Shown here piece after piece: positions 17,868-27,051 of a DNA stretch of 64,000 nt; the first letter of the stretch is position 1; each line of letters starts with the position of its first letter. The translations under genes were made by a program, and so were the position numbers. The notes below the pieces were generated by a model, which had not been told where the DNA came from, did no database searches, and saw only the letters and a program-made list of their open reading frames with translations. Source of the stretch: an uncultured Microthrixaceae bacterium (GTDB lineage Bacteria; Actinomycetota; Acidimicrobiia; Acidimicrobiales; DATDAH01); the NCBI GenBank assembly GCA_964635055.1, contig CAZWMT010000015.1, positions 36,632 to 100,631 on the forward strand, read 5' to 3'.

Positions 17868-19450
17868 TGGCGGACGACGCCGGCCCGACGAGCCTGCTCG
17901 ACATCGCCGTGCAGCGCGCCAGTCGTGATGCGTCCGCCCCACTGCTGATCACGCTCGACGACGGTCCGCCCCACGACGTCCACGTCCTGACCTACGCCGA
18001 CGTGCTCGGCCGGGCGGAGGCGCTGGCGGTCGAGTTGGCCGCCGCCGGGGTCGTCCCGGGCGACCGGGTCGGGTGCTACCTGTCGAACTCGCCGAGCTGG
18101 GTCGTGGCCTCGCTCGCGGTCTGGATGAACGGCGCCGCGGTGGCGGCCGCGGGCACCCTGCTGCCCTCGAACGAGGCCGCCACCCTGTTCGACATGGCGG
18201 GCGTGTCGGTCGTGGTGGCGGTCGCTGATGCCCCGGGACTACCGGACCGGTTCTCGGTGCTGGCCGTCGACGAAGGTGGTGAGATCAGCGGTTCTGGCTC
18301 CCGATTCGACCGCCCTGGCGTGCAGATCGGGAGCCAGAACGGGGGATCCTTGCCCGCCGCAGAGGACGTAGCGGTCGCCATCTTCACCTCAGGCACGACC
18401 GGCCGGCCGAAGGGCATCACCCACACCCACGGTGACATCGTGGCCGCGGCGCGGCGGGTGGCCGCCGCCTACGCCCGCACCAGCGACTACCGGCCCGATC
18501 CGGCGCCGCCCGACCGCCCGCCCGGCGTGCTGTTCAACCCGTTCGGCCACATGGCCGGCTACAGCCGCCTGGCCTTCCGGATGTGGACGGGGCGGGCCCT
18601 GGTGATCGTGTCCCGCTTCAGCGTCGCGGCGACGAAGGCGCTGCTGGCCCGGTACCCGCTGGACACACTGCAGCTCACCCCGACGATGATCCACATGCTG
18701 GCCACCGCCGACGAGGACGTCGACCTCCGCTCAGTGAAGTACGTGACCTCGGGGACGGCGCCGCTCTCCATCGCCACCCGTGAGCGCTTCGAGGCTCGGT
18801 TCGCCGTCCCCGTGATGCAGGCGTACGGCATGACCGAGATCGGCGCGGTGGCCCAGGAGCGCTTCGACGACGTCGTTGCCGGCCGGCGGGGTCCCGGCTC
18901 GGTGGGCCGGCTGGCCGCGGGGGTCGAGGTCCGCTTCCGCACTCTCGACGACGGCGACGGCGACGGGGGGTTCGATCCCCACCGACCCGAGGGCGAGGGC
19001 GAGATCCTGGTGCGGACCGACGAGGCGTCGGACGAGTTCATCGGCGGCGCGCCGGTCCCCGTCGACGAGGAGGGTTGGTTCGCCACCGGTGACGTCGGCC
19101 GCCTGGAGGACGGGATCCTCTACATCACCGGCCGGGTCCAGGAGAAGATCATCGTCGGCGGGTTCAACGTGTACCCGGCCGAGGTCGAGGATGCGCTCCG
19201 CCGTTCACCGCTGGTGCTCGACGCCGTCGTGGTGGGCGTCCCCGACGACCGCCTCGGCGAGCGGCCGGTGGCCGGGGTCGTGTGGGCGGGCCCGCCCGAT
19301 CCCGACGCCCTGACCGCAGCCGCGCGCGGCGAGCTCGCCGCCTACAAGGTGCCGCGGGCCTACTTCCCTCTGGATGCCGTCCCCCTCACCCCGAGGGACA
19401 AGGTCGATCGTCGTCGGGCAGCGGCGCTCGCCGCCGAGTCCGTGCACTGA
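17867..19450 (+). CDS. AMP-dependent acyl-CoA synthetase/ligase
   Basis: TSGTTGRPKGITHTH, YGMTEIG, GWFATGDVG, and YKVPR near the C-terminus. The start overlaps the upstream stop (TGATG). Confidence 0.9.
   Translation: MADDAGPTSLLDIAVQRASRDASAPLLITLDDGPPHDVHVLTYADVLGRAEALAVELAAAGVVPGDRVGCYLSNSPSWVVASLAVWMNGAAVAAAGTLLPSNEAATLFDMAGVSVVVAVADAPGLPDRFSVLAVDEGGEISGSGSRFDRPGVQIGSQNGGSLPAAEDVAVAIFTSGTTGRPKGITHTHGDIVAAARRVAAAYARTSDYRPDPAPPDRPPGVLFNPFGHMAGYSRLAFRMWTGRALVIVSRFSVAATKALLARYPLDTLQLTPTMIHMLATADEDVDLRSVKYVTSGTAPLSIATRERFEARFAVPVMQAYGMTEIGAVAQERFDDVVAGRRGPGSVGRLAAGVEVRFRTLDDGDGDGGFDPHRPEGEGEILVRTDEASDEFIGGAPVPVDEEGWFATGDVGRLEDGILYITGRVQEKIIVGGFNVYPAEVEDALRRSPLVLDAVVVGVPDDRLGERPVAGVVWAGPPDPDALTAAARGELAAYKVPRAYFPLDAVPLTPRDKVDRRRAAALAAESVH
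18291..18340. repeat. Hairpin repeat family, copy 1 (inside the acyl-CoA synthetase CDS, in frame)
   Basis: GTTCTGGCTCCCGAT (18291-18305) pairs with ATCGGGAGCCAGAAC (18326-18340). The arms are identical to the intergenic copies at 28.5 and 33.4 kb. It encodes ...GSGSRFDRPGVQIGSQNG... Confidence 0.75.
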
Positions 19451-19461
19451 GAGGACACCCC

Positions 19462-20691
19462 ATGGCGTGGCAACCGATGAAGGGCGTGAAGGTCGTCGAG
19501 GTGGCGCAATTCACCTTCACGCCGTCGGCGGGGGCGGTGCTCGCCGACTGGGGCGCGGACGTCGTCAAGGTCGAGCACGCCGAGCGGGGTGACGCCCAGC
19601 GCGGGCTGACCATCGGCGCCGGCGGCGTCGGGGCGGGGTCGTTCCAACCGCTGATGGAGCACCCCAACCGGGGCAAGCGCAGCATCGGCCTGACCCTCGA
19701 CGTGCCGAGCGGCTATGAGGTGCTGGCCGAGCTCGTCAAGGACGCCGACGTGTTCCTGACCAACTTCCTGCCTTCGGCGCGGGAGAAGCTGCGCATCGAG
19801 GTGGACGACATCCGGGCCATCAACCCCGACATCGTCTACGTGCGGGGGAGCGGCCACGGCCAGCGTGGGCCCGAGGCCGATCGCCCGGGCTACGACGGGT
19901 CGACGTTCTGGTCTCGCATGGGCTGCGGATGGGGCGTGACCCCGCCGGACAGCAAGCGGATGTTCGGCCAGCCCTCCGGTGCCTTCGGCGACTCGATGGG
20001 CGGGGCCGTGATGGCCGGCGGCGTCGCGGCCGCCCTGTTGGCCCGCGACCGCACCGGCGAGACCTCGGTGGTCGACGTGTCGTTGATGAGCGTCGGCGCC
20101 TGGGCGATGGCCCTGTGGTTGGGGACGGCGCTGCTGACCGGCGAGGCCACCCCGCCGCCGTCGTTGGACGCCCCACCCAACCTGGGCGTGAACCCGATGA
20201 TCGGCAGCTACCGCACCTCCGACGGGCGCTTCATCACCCTGATGATGGTGCAGCCCGGGCGTTACTTCTCCGACCTCTGCGCCCACCTGGGCCTCGAGCA
20301 CCTGCTGGCGGACGAGCGCTTCCAGGAGGCCCGGGGCCTCATGGAGCACGCCGACGAGATCGGCGTCCACATCGCCGAGGCAGTGGCCACCAAGGACTTC
20401 GCCTACTGGCGGGAGCACCTCCAGACCCTGGAGGGGCCCTGGGCGCCGGCGCAGAACCCGGTCGAGGTGGCGAACGACCCCCAGCTCATCGCCAACGGCT
20501 GCCTGGTCGACATCGTCGATGCCGACGGCACCCCTCGCACCCTCGTCGCCAACCCCGTCCAGTTCGACGAGACCCCGCCCGACCTCACCCGGGGCCCCAC
20601 CTTCGCCGAGCACACCGACGACATCCTGCGCGAGCTCGGCAAGAGCGAGGACGAGATCATCCAGCTCAAGCTCGACGGCGCCTGCACCTAG
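19462..20691 (+). CDS. Family III CoA-transferase (single domain)
   Basis: VKVVEVAQFTFTPSAGAVLADWGADVVKVEH, and a GAFGDSMGG segment resembling the catalytic-Asp loop of formyl-CoA transferase. Confidence 0.9.
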   Translation: MAWQPMKGVKVVEVAQFTFTPSAGAVLADWGADVVKVEHAERGDAQRGLTIGAGGVGAGSFQPLMEHPNRGKRSIGLTLDVPSGYEVLAELVKDADVFLTNFLPSAREKLRIEVDDIRAINPDIVYVRGSGHGQRGPEADRPGYDGSTFWSRMGCGWGVTPPDSKRMFGQPSGAFGDSMGGAVMAGGVAAALLARDRTGETSVVDVSLMSVGAWAMALWLGTALLTGEATPPPSLDAPPNLGVNPMIGSYRTSDGRFITLMMVQPGRYFSDLCAHLGLEHLLADERFQEARGLMEHADEIGVHIAEAVATKDFAYWREHLQTLEGPWAPAQNPVEVANDPQLIANGCLVDIVDADGTPRTLVANPVQFDETPPDLTRGPTFAEHTDDILRELGKSEDEIIQLKLDGACT

Positions 20692-20761
20692 GCGGCGTAG
20701 CGATGGCCCGTCACCACCGGCCGAAGGCCGGACGGTCGACCACGCAGGACGGGAGACGTTG

Positions 20762-21841
20762 ATGCACACGTCGATCACGCTGAACGCTCCCGCCTATGGA
20801 GCTCGGCTCCCCCTCGGCGAGGCCGCCGGCCTCGCTGTCGAAGCTGAACGACTGGGCATCGACCTGGTGTGGGCGGCCGAAGCATGGGGCACGGACGCGT
20901 TCACGCCCCTCGCCCACCTGGCCGCGCTGACGGAGCGCGTGAAGCTGGGGACGGGGATCGCTCAGGTGACGGCTCGAGCGCCGGCGATGCTCGCCATGTC
21001 GGCGATGACCCTGGACGACCTGTCGGGCGGCAGGATGGTGCTCGGCCTCGGTTTGAGCGGTCCCCAGGTCGTCGAGGGCCTCCACGGGCAACCGTACGCG
21101 CGGCCTCTCGAGCGGCTTCGCGAGACCGTCTCGGTCCTCCGGCTCGCGTTCGCCGGCGAACGGCTCGCCCATGACGGCCGCCAGGTGCAGCTCCCCCTCC
21201 TCGGCGGAGAAGGGAAGGCCCTCCGACTGGCCCACGAGCCACACCCGGGGATCCCGATCCACCTGGCGACCCTGGGCCCGAAGGCGATGGAGCTGTGCGG
21301 CGAGGTCGCCGACGGCTGGGTCGCATCGTGCTTCGTCCCGGAACGAGCAGCCGCGTTCACCGATGCGCTGGCGCGAGGAGCGGTGAAGGCGGGCCGCGAG
21401 CCGGCGGCGATCGCCATCGACGCCGGTGGACCCGTCGCATTCAGCGACGACGTGACCGAGTTGATCGCCGAGCGGAAGAGGGCCATCGCCTTCCAGCTCT
21501 CCGCGATGGGCTCACCGACGACCAACTTCTACTACGGCGCCTATGCCCGTCAGGGGTACCGGGAGGAGGCCGACGAGGTCCGCCGTCTCTGGTTCGACGG
21601 CAGGAAGGGCGATGCGGCCGGCGCGGTCCCCGACGATCTGGCGACGATGACCAGTCTCTTCGGCACCCGGGACATGGTGCGGGATCGCATCCGGGCCTAT
21701 CGGGATGCGGGCGTCACCTCGCTCCGGCTCGAGCCCGTCGGTCACACCGTGTCGGATCGGCTCGACGTGCTCGCCGCGGCCGTCGAGCTGGTTCGCGAAG
21801 TCGATGCCGAATCGAATGAGGACGTTGCTTCCGTGCCCTGA
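20762..21841 (+). CDS. LLM-class (luciferase-like) flavin/F420-dependent oxidoreductase
   Basis: AERLGIDLVWAAEAWGTDAFTPLAHLAALTERVKLGTGI...GRMVLGLGLSGPQVVEG. Confidence 0.85.
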   Translation: MHTSITLNAPAYGARLPLGEAAGLAVEAERLGIDLVWAAEAWGTDAFTPLAHLAALTERVKLGTGIAQVTARAPAMLAMSAMTLDDLSGGRMVLGLGLSGPQVVEGLHGQPYARPLERLRETVSVLRLAFAGERLAHDGRQVQLPLLGGEGKALRLAHEPHPGIPIHLATLGPKAMELCGEVADGWVASCFVPERAAAFTDALARGAVKAGREPAAIAIDAGGPVAFSDDVTELIAERKRAIAFQLSAMGSPTTNFYYGAYARQGYREEADEVRRLWFDGRKGDAAGAVPDDLATMTSLFGTRDMVRDRIRAYRDAGVTSLRLEPVGHTVSDRLDVLAAAVELVREVDAESNEDVASVP

Positions 21842-21875
21842 GCGTTGTGGGGCCCGAGCGGATGTCCTCGGATGA

Positions 21876-22757
21876 TCAGCCCACCTGCCGGTCGAACTTC
21901 GGGAGCTCGACGGATGCCTTGAACGCAGCATCGGGCTTCGGGGCGATGACCTTGCGCAGGCTGCGTTCGGGGCCCTGCTGGGTCACGACGCCCCTGGCGT
22001 GTTGCGTGGCGATGTTGTCCCACACGACGAGATCGCCGGCCCGCCAGTCGTGCTCCAAGGTGTTGTCGGAGGCGTAGAGGACCCCGAAGAGCTCCTCGAG
22101 GAGCTGCTCGCTCTCGTCGGGCTCGAGACCCTCGATGTGGGTCGTCATCATCTGGGACACGTAGAGGACGGCCTCACCGGTGCGGGGGTGGATCATGGGG
22201 ATCGGTGTGGCCCGGGACCGCTCTGTCGCGCGCTGCGCCTCGAGCAGTTCGCCGTCGCCGTAACCGCCCCGGGCGCGCTGGCCGGTTGCGTGGACCGCGG
22301 TGCTGCCGTCGACGCGAGCCCGCAGGTCGTCGGGGAGCCGGTCCCACGCCCGCACCGCACTGACGTAGACGGTCGGGACCGAGGGCTGGTCGACCTGCTC
22401 GCCGTAGAGCGAGAGCAGCTCCTGCGGCTGCTCGCTCCACATGCCGTCGGCGTGGAAGAGCAGGCGGCCGTGAGGGGCGTTGCCGTCCTCGTCCTTGTTG
22501 GAGATGCGGGTGGAGTAGAGGTGGGCGTTGGCCTCGGCCGCGGCCCGGTCGGCGGGGGCGTGGTCGCCGACGAGCAGCCCGCACAGGTACCGCTGGGCGT
22601 CGGCGGTGACGTCGAGGTCCCGGAAGACCAGCACCTGGTACCGGTCGAACGCCGCCCGCAGCCGGCCGACGGTGGCGTCGTCGAGGTCGGCCTCCGGGGA
22701 CCACCCCTCGACCTCGGCGCCGAAGCCCGGCGTGATCTCGCTGATGCGCAGGTCCAC
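21876..22757 (-). CDS. TauD/TfdA family dioxygenase (paralog 2)
   Basis: GTG start behind a GGGGGAGG RBS. VDLRISEITPGFGAEVEG; LLFHADGMWSE; WDNIATQHAR. Confidence 0.85.
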   Translation of the reverse strand: MDLRISEITPGFGAEVEGWSPEADLDDATVGRLRAAFDRYQVLVFRDLDVTADAQRYLCGLLVGDHAPADRAAAEANAHLYSTRISNKDEDGNAPHGRLLFHADGMWSEQPQELLSLYGEQVDQPSVPTVYVSAVRAWDRLPDDLRARVDGSTAVHATGQRARGGYGDGELLEAQRATERSRATPIPMIHPRTGEAVLYVSQMMTTHIEGLEPDESEQLLEELFGVLYASDNTLEHDWRAGDLVVWDNIATQHARGVVTQQGPERSLRKVIAPKPDAAFKASVELPKFDRQVG

Positions 22758-22812
22758 GGTCGGCGACCTCCCCCTCGCTGGTGGCACCAGGCTACCCGTG
22801 AACGGGTGAACG

Positions 22813-22828
22813 TGACAGTGTACTGTCA
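22813..22828. promoter_or_regulatory. Candidate operator (site 5, best palindrome)
   Basis: TGACAGTGTACTGTCA has perfect 7-bp arms and contains TACTGT (TANNNT). It lies in the divergent gap between TauD-2 and the SnoaL-like gene. Confidence 0.7.
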
Positions 22829-22873
22829 GCTTCTTGCGCCGCACGGCGCCGTCCGAGGGAAGAGGAGCGGCCG

Positions 22874-23308
22874 ATGGGGATCGAGGACGAGGTCCGGCGC
22901 CTGGCGGACATCGAGGCCATCAAGGTGCTGCGGGGCCGGTACTCGCGGGCGGTCGACACCAAGGACTGGGAGCTGTTCGCGGCCTCGCTGGCGGAGGACG
23001 CCCTGCTCGCCGCCGACAGCGGGACCACCGAGGGGCGGGACTCGATCGTGGCCATGGTGTCCGGTGCGCTCGCGACGGCGACCACGGTGCACCACCAGCA
23101 CACCCCCGAGATCGAGATCACGGGCCCCGACACCGCTACGGGCATCTGGGCGATGCAGGACGTCGTGCACATCGACACGTTCGTGCTGCGAGGCTTCGGG
23201 CACTATCACGAGGAGTACGTGCGGACGCCCGAGGGCTGGAAGATCAAGGCATCGACGCTGACCCGCACGCGGGTCGACACCGAAGGCGAGGTGCCGCGGC
23301 GCTCATGA
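22874..23308 (+). CDS. SnoaL-like / NTF2-fold protein
   Basis: 144 aa. RRLADIEAIKVLRGRYSRAVDTKDWELFASL... is typical of the SnoaL_4/NTF2-like family. Confidence 0.7.
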   Translation: MGIEDEVRRLADIEAIKVLRGRYSRAVDTKDWELFAASLAEDALLAADSGTTEGRDSIVAMVSGALATATTVHHQHTPEIEITGPDTATGIWAMQDVVHIDTFVLRGFGHYHEEYVRTPEGWKIKASTLTRTRVDTEGEVPRRS

Positions 23309-23347
23309 CCGGTGGCAGCGACGGACGACGACGAGGGGAACGAGACC

Positions 23348-24181
23348 ATGGATGAGGAACTGGCGGGCAAGGTCGCCATCGTCACCGGGGGCTCGTCGGG
23401 CATCGGGTTCGGCACGGCCGCGCGGCTGGTCGCCGAGGGCGCGAAGGTCGTGATCGGCGACATCGACGAGGCGCGCGGTCAAGCCGCCGCCGCCGAACTG
23501 GGGGAGAGCGCCGCCTTCCACGCCACCGACGTCGCCCAGCCCGAGCAGGTGGCGGCGCTGGTCGACTTCGCCGTCGAGCGGTTCGGTGGCCTGGACATCA
23601 TGTTCAACAACGCCGGCATCTCGGGCGTCCGCACCCCGAGCCTGCTGGAGGACGACTTCGCCGACTTCCACCACGTGCTCGGCGTCAATCTGCTCGGCGT
23701 GTTCGCCGGCACCGCCCAAGCCGCCCGGGCGATGGCCGAGCGCGGCGGCGGGTCGGTGATCAACAACGCTTCCATCGGCGGCTTGCAGGCCACCCGCGGC
23801 CAGTGGGCCTACAACAGCTCGAAGGCGGCGGTCGTCCACTTCACGAGGTCGGCGGCCATGGAGTTGGGCGCCGTGGGTGTGCGGGTCAATTGCCTGGCGC
23901 CCGGCAACATCGAGACGGAGATCCTCGGCAACATGCTCGGCGCCGGCATGTCCGAGGAGGAGAAGGCGGCGATGATGGACCGAGTGCGGGCCTACCTGCT
24001 GGCCCGCCAGCCCTTGCAGGTGCAGGGCCAGCCCGACGACGTGGCCGAAGCCGTCATCTTCCTGGGCACCGACCGCTCCCGCTACATCACGGGCACCGTG
24101 ATCCCTGTCGACGGCGGCCAGCTCGTCGGCAGCCCGGCGGCGTCGGCGGAGTTCCGCAAGCTCCGCACCGGCGAGGGCTGA
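23348..24181 (+). CDS. SDR family oxidoreductase
   Basis: GKVAIVTGGSSGIGFGTA; NNAGI; YNSSKAAV. Confidence 0.9.
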   Translation: MDEELAGKVAIVTGGSSGIGFGTAARLVAEGAKVVIGDIDEARGQAAAAELGESAAFHATDVAQPEQVAALVDFAVERFGGLDIMFNNAGISGVRTPSLLEDDFADFHHVLGVNLLGVFAGTAQAARAMAERGGGSVINNASIGGLQATRGQWAYNSSKAAVVHFTRSAAMELGAVGVRVNCLAPGNIETEILGNMLGAGMSEEEKAAMMDRVRAYLLARQPLQVQGQPDDVAEAVIFLGTDRSRYITGTVIPVDGGQLVGSPAASAEFRKLRTGEG

Positions 24182-24209
24182 ACGAGAACCCCGGGGCGGC
24201 GAGGTTGCC

Positions 24210-25028
24210 TCAGAGGTCGGGGAAGCGGGGGTTCATCTCGCCGACGGCGCCGCCGTCGACGTCCAGGCACACGCCGGTGATGTACGAAGCCGCTGGCGAC
24301 GCCAGGAACACGGCTGCCAGGCCGATGTCCTCGGGGGTGCCCAGGCGGCGCAGGCGGGTGCGGGCGATCAGCTTCTCCTCGACGCCCTCGAACCCCGACA
24401 CGACCGCCTGCATGGCCTCGGTGGCGATGATCCCCGGCATGATCCCGTTCACCCGGATCCGGGGCCCGAGGCTCGCCGCCATCGAACGAGTGGCGTAGTA
24501 GAGCGCCCCCTTGGAGGCGTCATAGGCCAAGTGCCCCCGGGCGGGGACGTGGATGGCCGACGACACGATGTTGATCACCGAAGAGCCGGGGTGATCGAGG
24601 GGGGAGTGCTCGAGCAAGTGGGGCACGGCACACCGGACGAGCTCGAAGGGGGCGGCCACGTTGAAGTGGAAGGCGTCCTCGAGCTCTTCGACGGTGTTGT
24701 CCAGCAGGGCCCGCCACATGTCGCCGCCGCCGGCGCAGTTGACCACCGTGTCGAGCCGCCCGAGCTCGCCGACCGTGCGCTCGACGATCCCCGGCAGGCC
24801 GGCGACGTCGGTTAGGTCCGCCGGGAGGGCCAGTGCGGTCCCACCGGTCGCGTTGATCTCGCCGGCGACCCGCTCCACGTCCTCGGCGGTGCGGGACACT
24901 AGGGCCACAGCCGCGCCGGCGTCGGCGAACGCCCGGGCGATGCCCTCCCCGATGCCCCGGCCGCCACCGGTGACAAGTGCGACCTTCCCGGCGAGGGCAA
25001 ACGGATCGTCGGCGCTCACACTCGGCAT
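24210..25028 (-). CDS. SDR family oxidoreductase
   Basis: GKVALVTGGGRGIGEGIA; YDASKGAL. The start is uncertain: ATG 25028 abuts the operator and GTG at codon 4 is possible. Confidence 0.9.
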   Translation of the reverse strand: MPSVSADDPFALAGKVALVTGGGRGIGEGIARAFADAGAAVALVSRTAEDVERVAGEINATGGTALALPADLTDVAGLPGIVERTVGELGRLDTVVNCAGGGDMWRALLDNTVEELEDAFHFNVAAPFELVRCAVPHLLEHSPLDHPGSSVINIVSSAIHVPARGHLAYDASKGALYYATRSMAASLGPRIRVNGIMPGIIATEAMQAVVSGFEGVEEKLIARTRLRRLGTPEDIGLAAVFLASPAASYITGVCLDVDGGAVGEMNPRFPDL

Positions 25029-25030
25029 TG

Positions 25031-25046
25031 TGACATGAGACTGTCA
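25031..25046. promoter_or_regulatory. Candidate operator (site 6)
   Basis: TGACATGAGACTGTCA lies 2 nt upstream of the SDR ATG (25028, minus strand) and 70 nt downstream of the TetR stop. Confidence 0.55.
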
Positions 25047-25116
25047 GAAGTGCGACCGCCTCGTCGGCGCAGCCGACTCCTTCACCTCACGCCCTGCGAT
25101 CGTCGCCCTGATGGCG

Positions 25117-25731
25117 CTACGTCGGCGCGAATGCCGCTACGAGCAGGTCGATCTCGGTCGAGATGACCTCGAGCAGGTCGGTGTTGGCGGGCTTGGCGAG
25201 CCACTGGAAGAGGGCCCGGCGGTAGGTCACGAGGGCCACGTTGGCGAGGAGGAGACAGGCCTCGTCGGGCTCCTTGAGCCCGCGACGGGAGGCGAAGGCC
25301 TCGGCCATGCGAACGATGTCGTCCTGCTGGCGGACGACCAGGCCTCCTCGCAGGGTGGGTGAGGAGGCGACGGCCTGCTCGTACTGCAAGAGCGCCTTGC
25401 GGATCTTCACCACCGGCGGAGCGAGCTCGAGCAGGGTGGCGCGGGCGGCCTCGATGTCGGAGAGCCCCTCAGGCTGGGCGAGGAAGTGCTCGGTGAAGGA
25501 CTGGAACCAGCCGTACTCGCCGACGAAGAGCACGGACTCCTTCGTGGGGAAGTAGCGGAAGAACGTCCGAGGCGAGACGCCGGCCTGCTCTGCGATCTCG
25601 TCGGTGGTCGTGGTGTCGTAGCCGTTCTTGGCGAAGAGCTCGAGGGCCGCCTGCTGGAGGGCCCGCTCGGTCCGCAGCTTGTGGGCCTGGCGGCGCGACG
25701 GCGGCGCCTCCGCGGTCACCTCGTTGGCCAT
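25117..25731 (-). CDS. TetR/AcrR family transcriptional regulator (candidate regulator of the palindrome regulon)
   Basis: The HTH LQQAALELFAKNGYDTTTTDEIAEQAGVSPRTFFRYFPTKE. Inner ATG (MANEVTAE...). Palindrome sites lie on both sides of the gene. Confidence 0.9.
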   Translation of the reverse strand: MANEVTAEAPPSRRQAHKLRTERALQQAALELFAKNGYDTTTTDEIAEQAGVSPRTFFRYFPTKESVLFVGEYGWFQSFTEHFLAQPEGLSDIEAARATLLELAPPVVKIRKALLQYEQAVASSPTLRGGLVVRQQDDIVRMAEAFASRRGLKEPDEACLLLANVALVTYRRALFQWLAKPANTDLLEVISTEIDLLVAAFAPT

Positions 25732-25825
25732 GTGCGCCGGACCCCCTCCGCTCGTTCGTTTGCTCTGCGAGCACCCTACTGGCAGTGGCGTGTCGCCTTG
25801 ACAGTCCTCAGGGCCACCCATAAAG

Positions 25826-25841
25826 TGACAGTCGAGTGTCA
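25826..25841. promoter_or_regulatory. Candidate operator (site 7), with a degenerate second site at 25780-25795
   Basis: TGACAGTCGAGTGTCA lies in the divergent gap between TetR (start 25731, minus strand) and the ParB-like gene (start 25855, plus strand). TGGCAGTGGCGTGTCG lies 31 nt upstream. Confidence 0.65.
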
Positions 25842-25854
25842 CTTAGGGGGACGA

Positions 25855-26853
25855 GTGTCGCAGGCTGAGGTTTGGGAGGGTGAGGTCACGACGCCGGACG
25901 GCGTTTCGTGGGTGCCCGTCGCCCGCCTTGGTGTCGGTTCGTCCTTCCGGCCGGGGGGTCTTTGCCCCGAGCACGTCGACCGTCTTGCCGCACTCGAAGG
26001 GGCATGGCCACCGGTCCTGCTCGCCCGTCGAGACGGGTCGGTGATCGACGGGGCGCATCGGGTGGCTGCGGCGGGCCGGCTCGGGATGGCCCGGATCGAG
26101 GCGGTGTGGTTCGACGGCAGCGCCGCCGACGCCTACGTCGAGTTCGTCCGGCGCAACGTCGCCCACGGCCTCACCCTCACCGTGCACGAGCGCAAGGCCG
26201 CCGCCGCCCGGGTCCTGCGCGACCACCCCCTCTGGTCGGACCGCCGGGTGGCGGAGGTGTGCGCCCTCTCGCCGAAGACGGTCGGGCGGGTTCGCAGCGA
26301 TGCCGCCTGCTGTCCAAATGAGGAAGATCCCCACTCGGACGAGCTCCGTGAGGGCCGAGACCACCGCCTGCGCCCCGTCCGTCCCGGCTCGGCGCGTGCG
26401 CGTGTGCTCGAGGCGTTGGAGGTGCAGCCTGATGCCTCCCTGCGCACGATCGCCGCGGCGGCCGGTGTGTCTCCCGAGACCGTGCGCCTGGTGCGCATGA
26501 ACCTGGCCGACGGGAAGCTGGCCGACGGGAAGCTGGCCGACGGGACGCTGGCCGACGAGGTCGCCGCGCCTGCCTCGGTCGAGCCCGTCGAACCGCTCCC
26601 GCCAGAGTCGCCTGGGCCGGCGGGGAACAGCGAGCCGTCCTGGCAGGTCGACGCCGCGCTGGCGTCCTTCCCCCACGGGGATGACTTCCTCGCCTGGTTC
26701 GAGCGGACCGCCCTCCATGGGTCGGACCTCTCCTGGGTGGACACCATCCCTCTCGGCCGGGTGTACCTCGTGGCCGACGAGGCCCGACGCCGCTCCGAGA
26801 CCTGGCTGCGTTTCGCGCGGGCGGTCGAAGCCCGCGCCGCCCGGGCCCGTTGA
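25855..26853 (+). CDS. ParB-like (ParB/Srx N-terminal domain) HTH protein, StrR-like architecture
   Basis: VLLARRDGSVIDGAHRVAAAGRLG (ParB N-domain DGxHR-type motif). Two HTH-like segments: RRVAEVCALSPKTVGRVR and LRTIAAAAGVSPETVRLVR. GTG start behind an AGGGGGA RBS. Confidence 0.7.
   Translation: MSQAEVWEGEVTTPDGVSWVPVARLGVGSSFRPGGLCPEHVDRLAALEGAWPPVLLARRDGSVIDGAHRVAAAGRLGMARIEAVWFDGSAADAYVEFVRRNVAHGLTLTVHERKAAAARVLRDHPLWSDRRVAEVCALSPKTVGRVRSDAACCPNEEDPHSDELREGRDHRLRPVRPGSARARVLEALEVQPDASLRTIAAAAGVSPETVRLVRMNLADGKLADGKLADGTLADEVAAPASVEPVEPLPPESPGPAGNSEPSWQVDAALASFPHGDDFLAWFERTALHGSDLSWVDTIPLGRVYLVADEARRRSETWLRFARAVEARAARAR
26503..26559 (+). repeat. 15-bp tandem repeat (about 3.8 copies) inside the ParB-like CDS
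   Basis: CTGGCCGACGGGAAG occurs twice, then CTGGCCGACGGGACG, then CTGGCCGACGAG. Together they encode LADGK LADGK LADGT LADE. Confidence 0.9.
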
Positions 26854-26942
26854 GCGCCCCGCCCATGGTCCAGAGCGTTCCGTCGCAGCGGAACGCCGGC
26901 CGCGCCGAGGTCGGCATGCCGCCGCACGGCGCCAGCTCTCGG

Positions 26943-26974
26943 GTCGTGCCTCCGATCCCCCTGGGAGGCACGAC
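26943..26974 (+). terminator. Stem-loop downstream of the ParB-like gene (possible terminator)
   Basis: GTCGTGCCTCC (10-nt loop) GGAGGCACGAC is followed by a weakly T-rich ccgactcttctcc. A second, smaller hairpin, GCGTTCCG-tcgcag-CGGAACGC, lies at 26875-26896. Confidence 0.4.
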
Positions 26975-27051
26975 CCGACTCTTCTCCCCGCACGACGCCG
27001 CCCAGGCGTCGCCCTACGGGCACCGGCGCTAGGTCAGGAGGGGACCAGCCG

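Noticed and set aside
26503-26559. The 15-bp tandem repeat as a CRISPR or minisatellite regulatory element.
   Set aside because: It is in frame inside a CDS, has no spacers and encodes a simple LADGK peptide repeat. It is reported only as an intragenic tandem repeat.
26850-27032. A small 60-aa ORF between the ParB-like gene and PrpD-1.
   Set aside because: It has no RBS and no recognisable motif. The region is better explained by two stem-loops (26875-26896 and 26943-26974) and the PrpD promoter and RBS.
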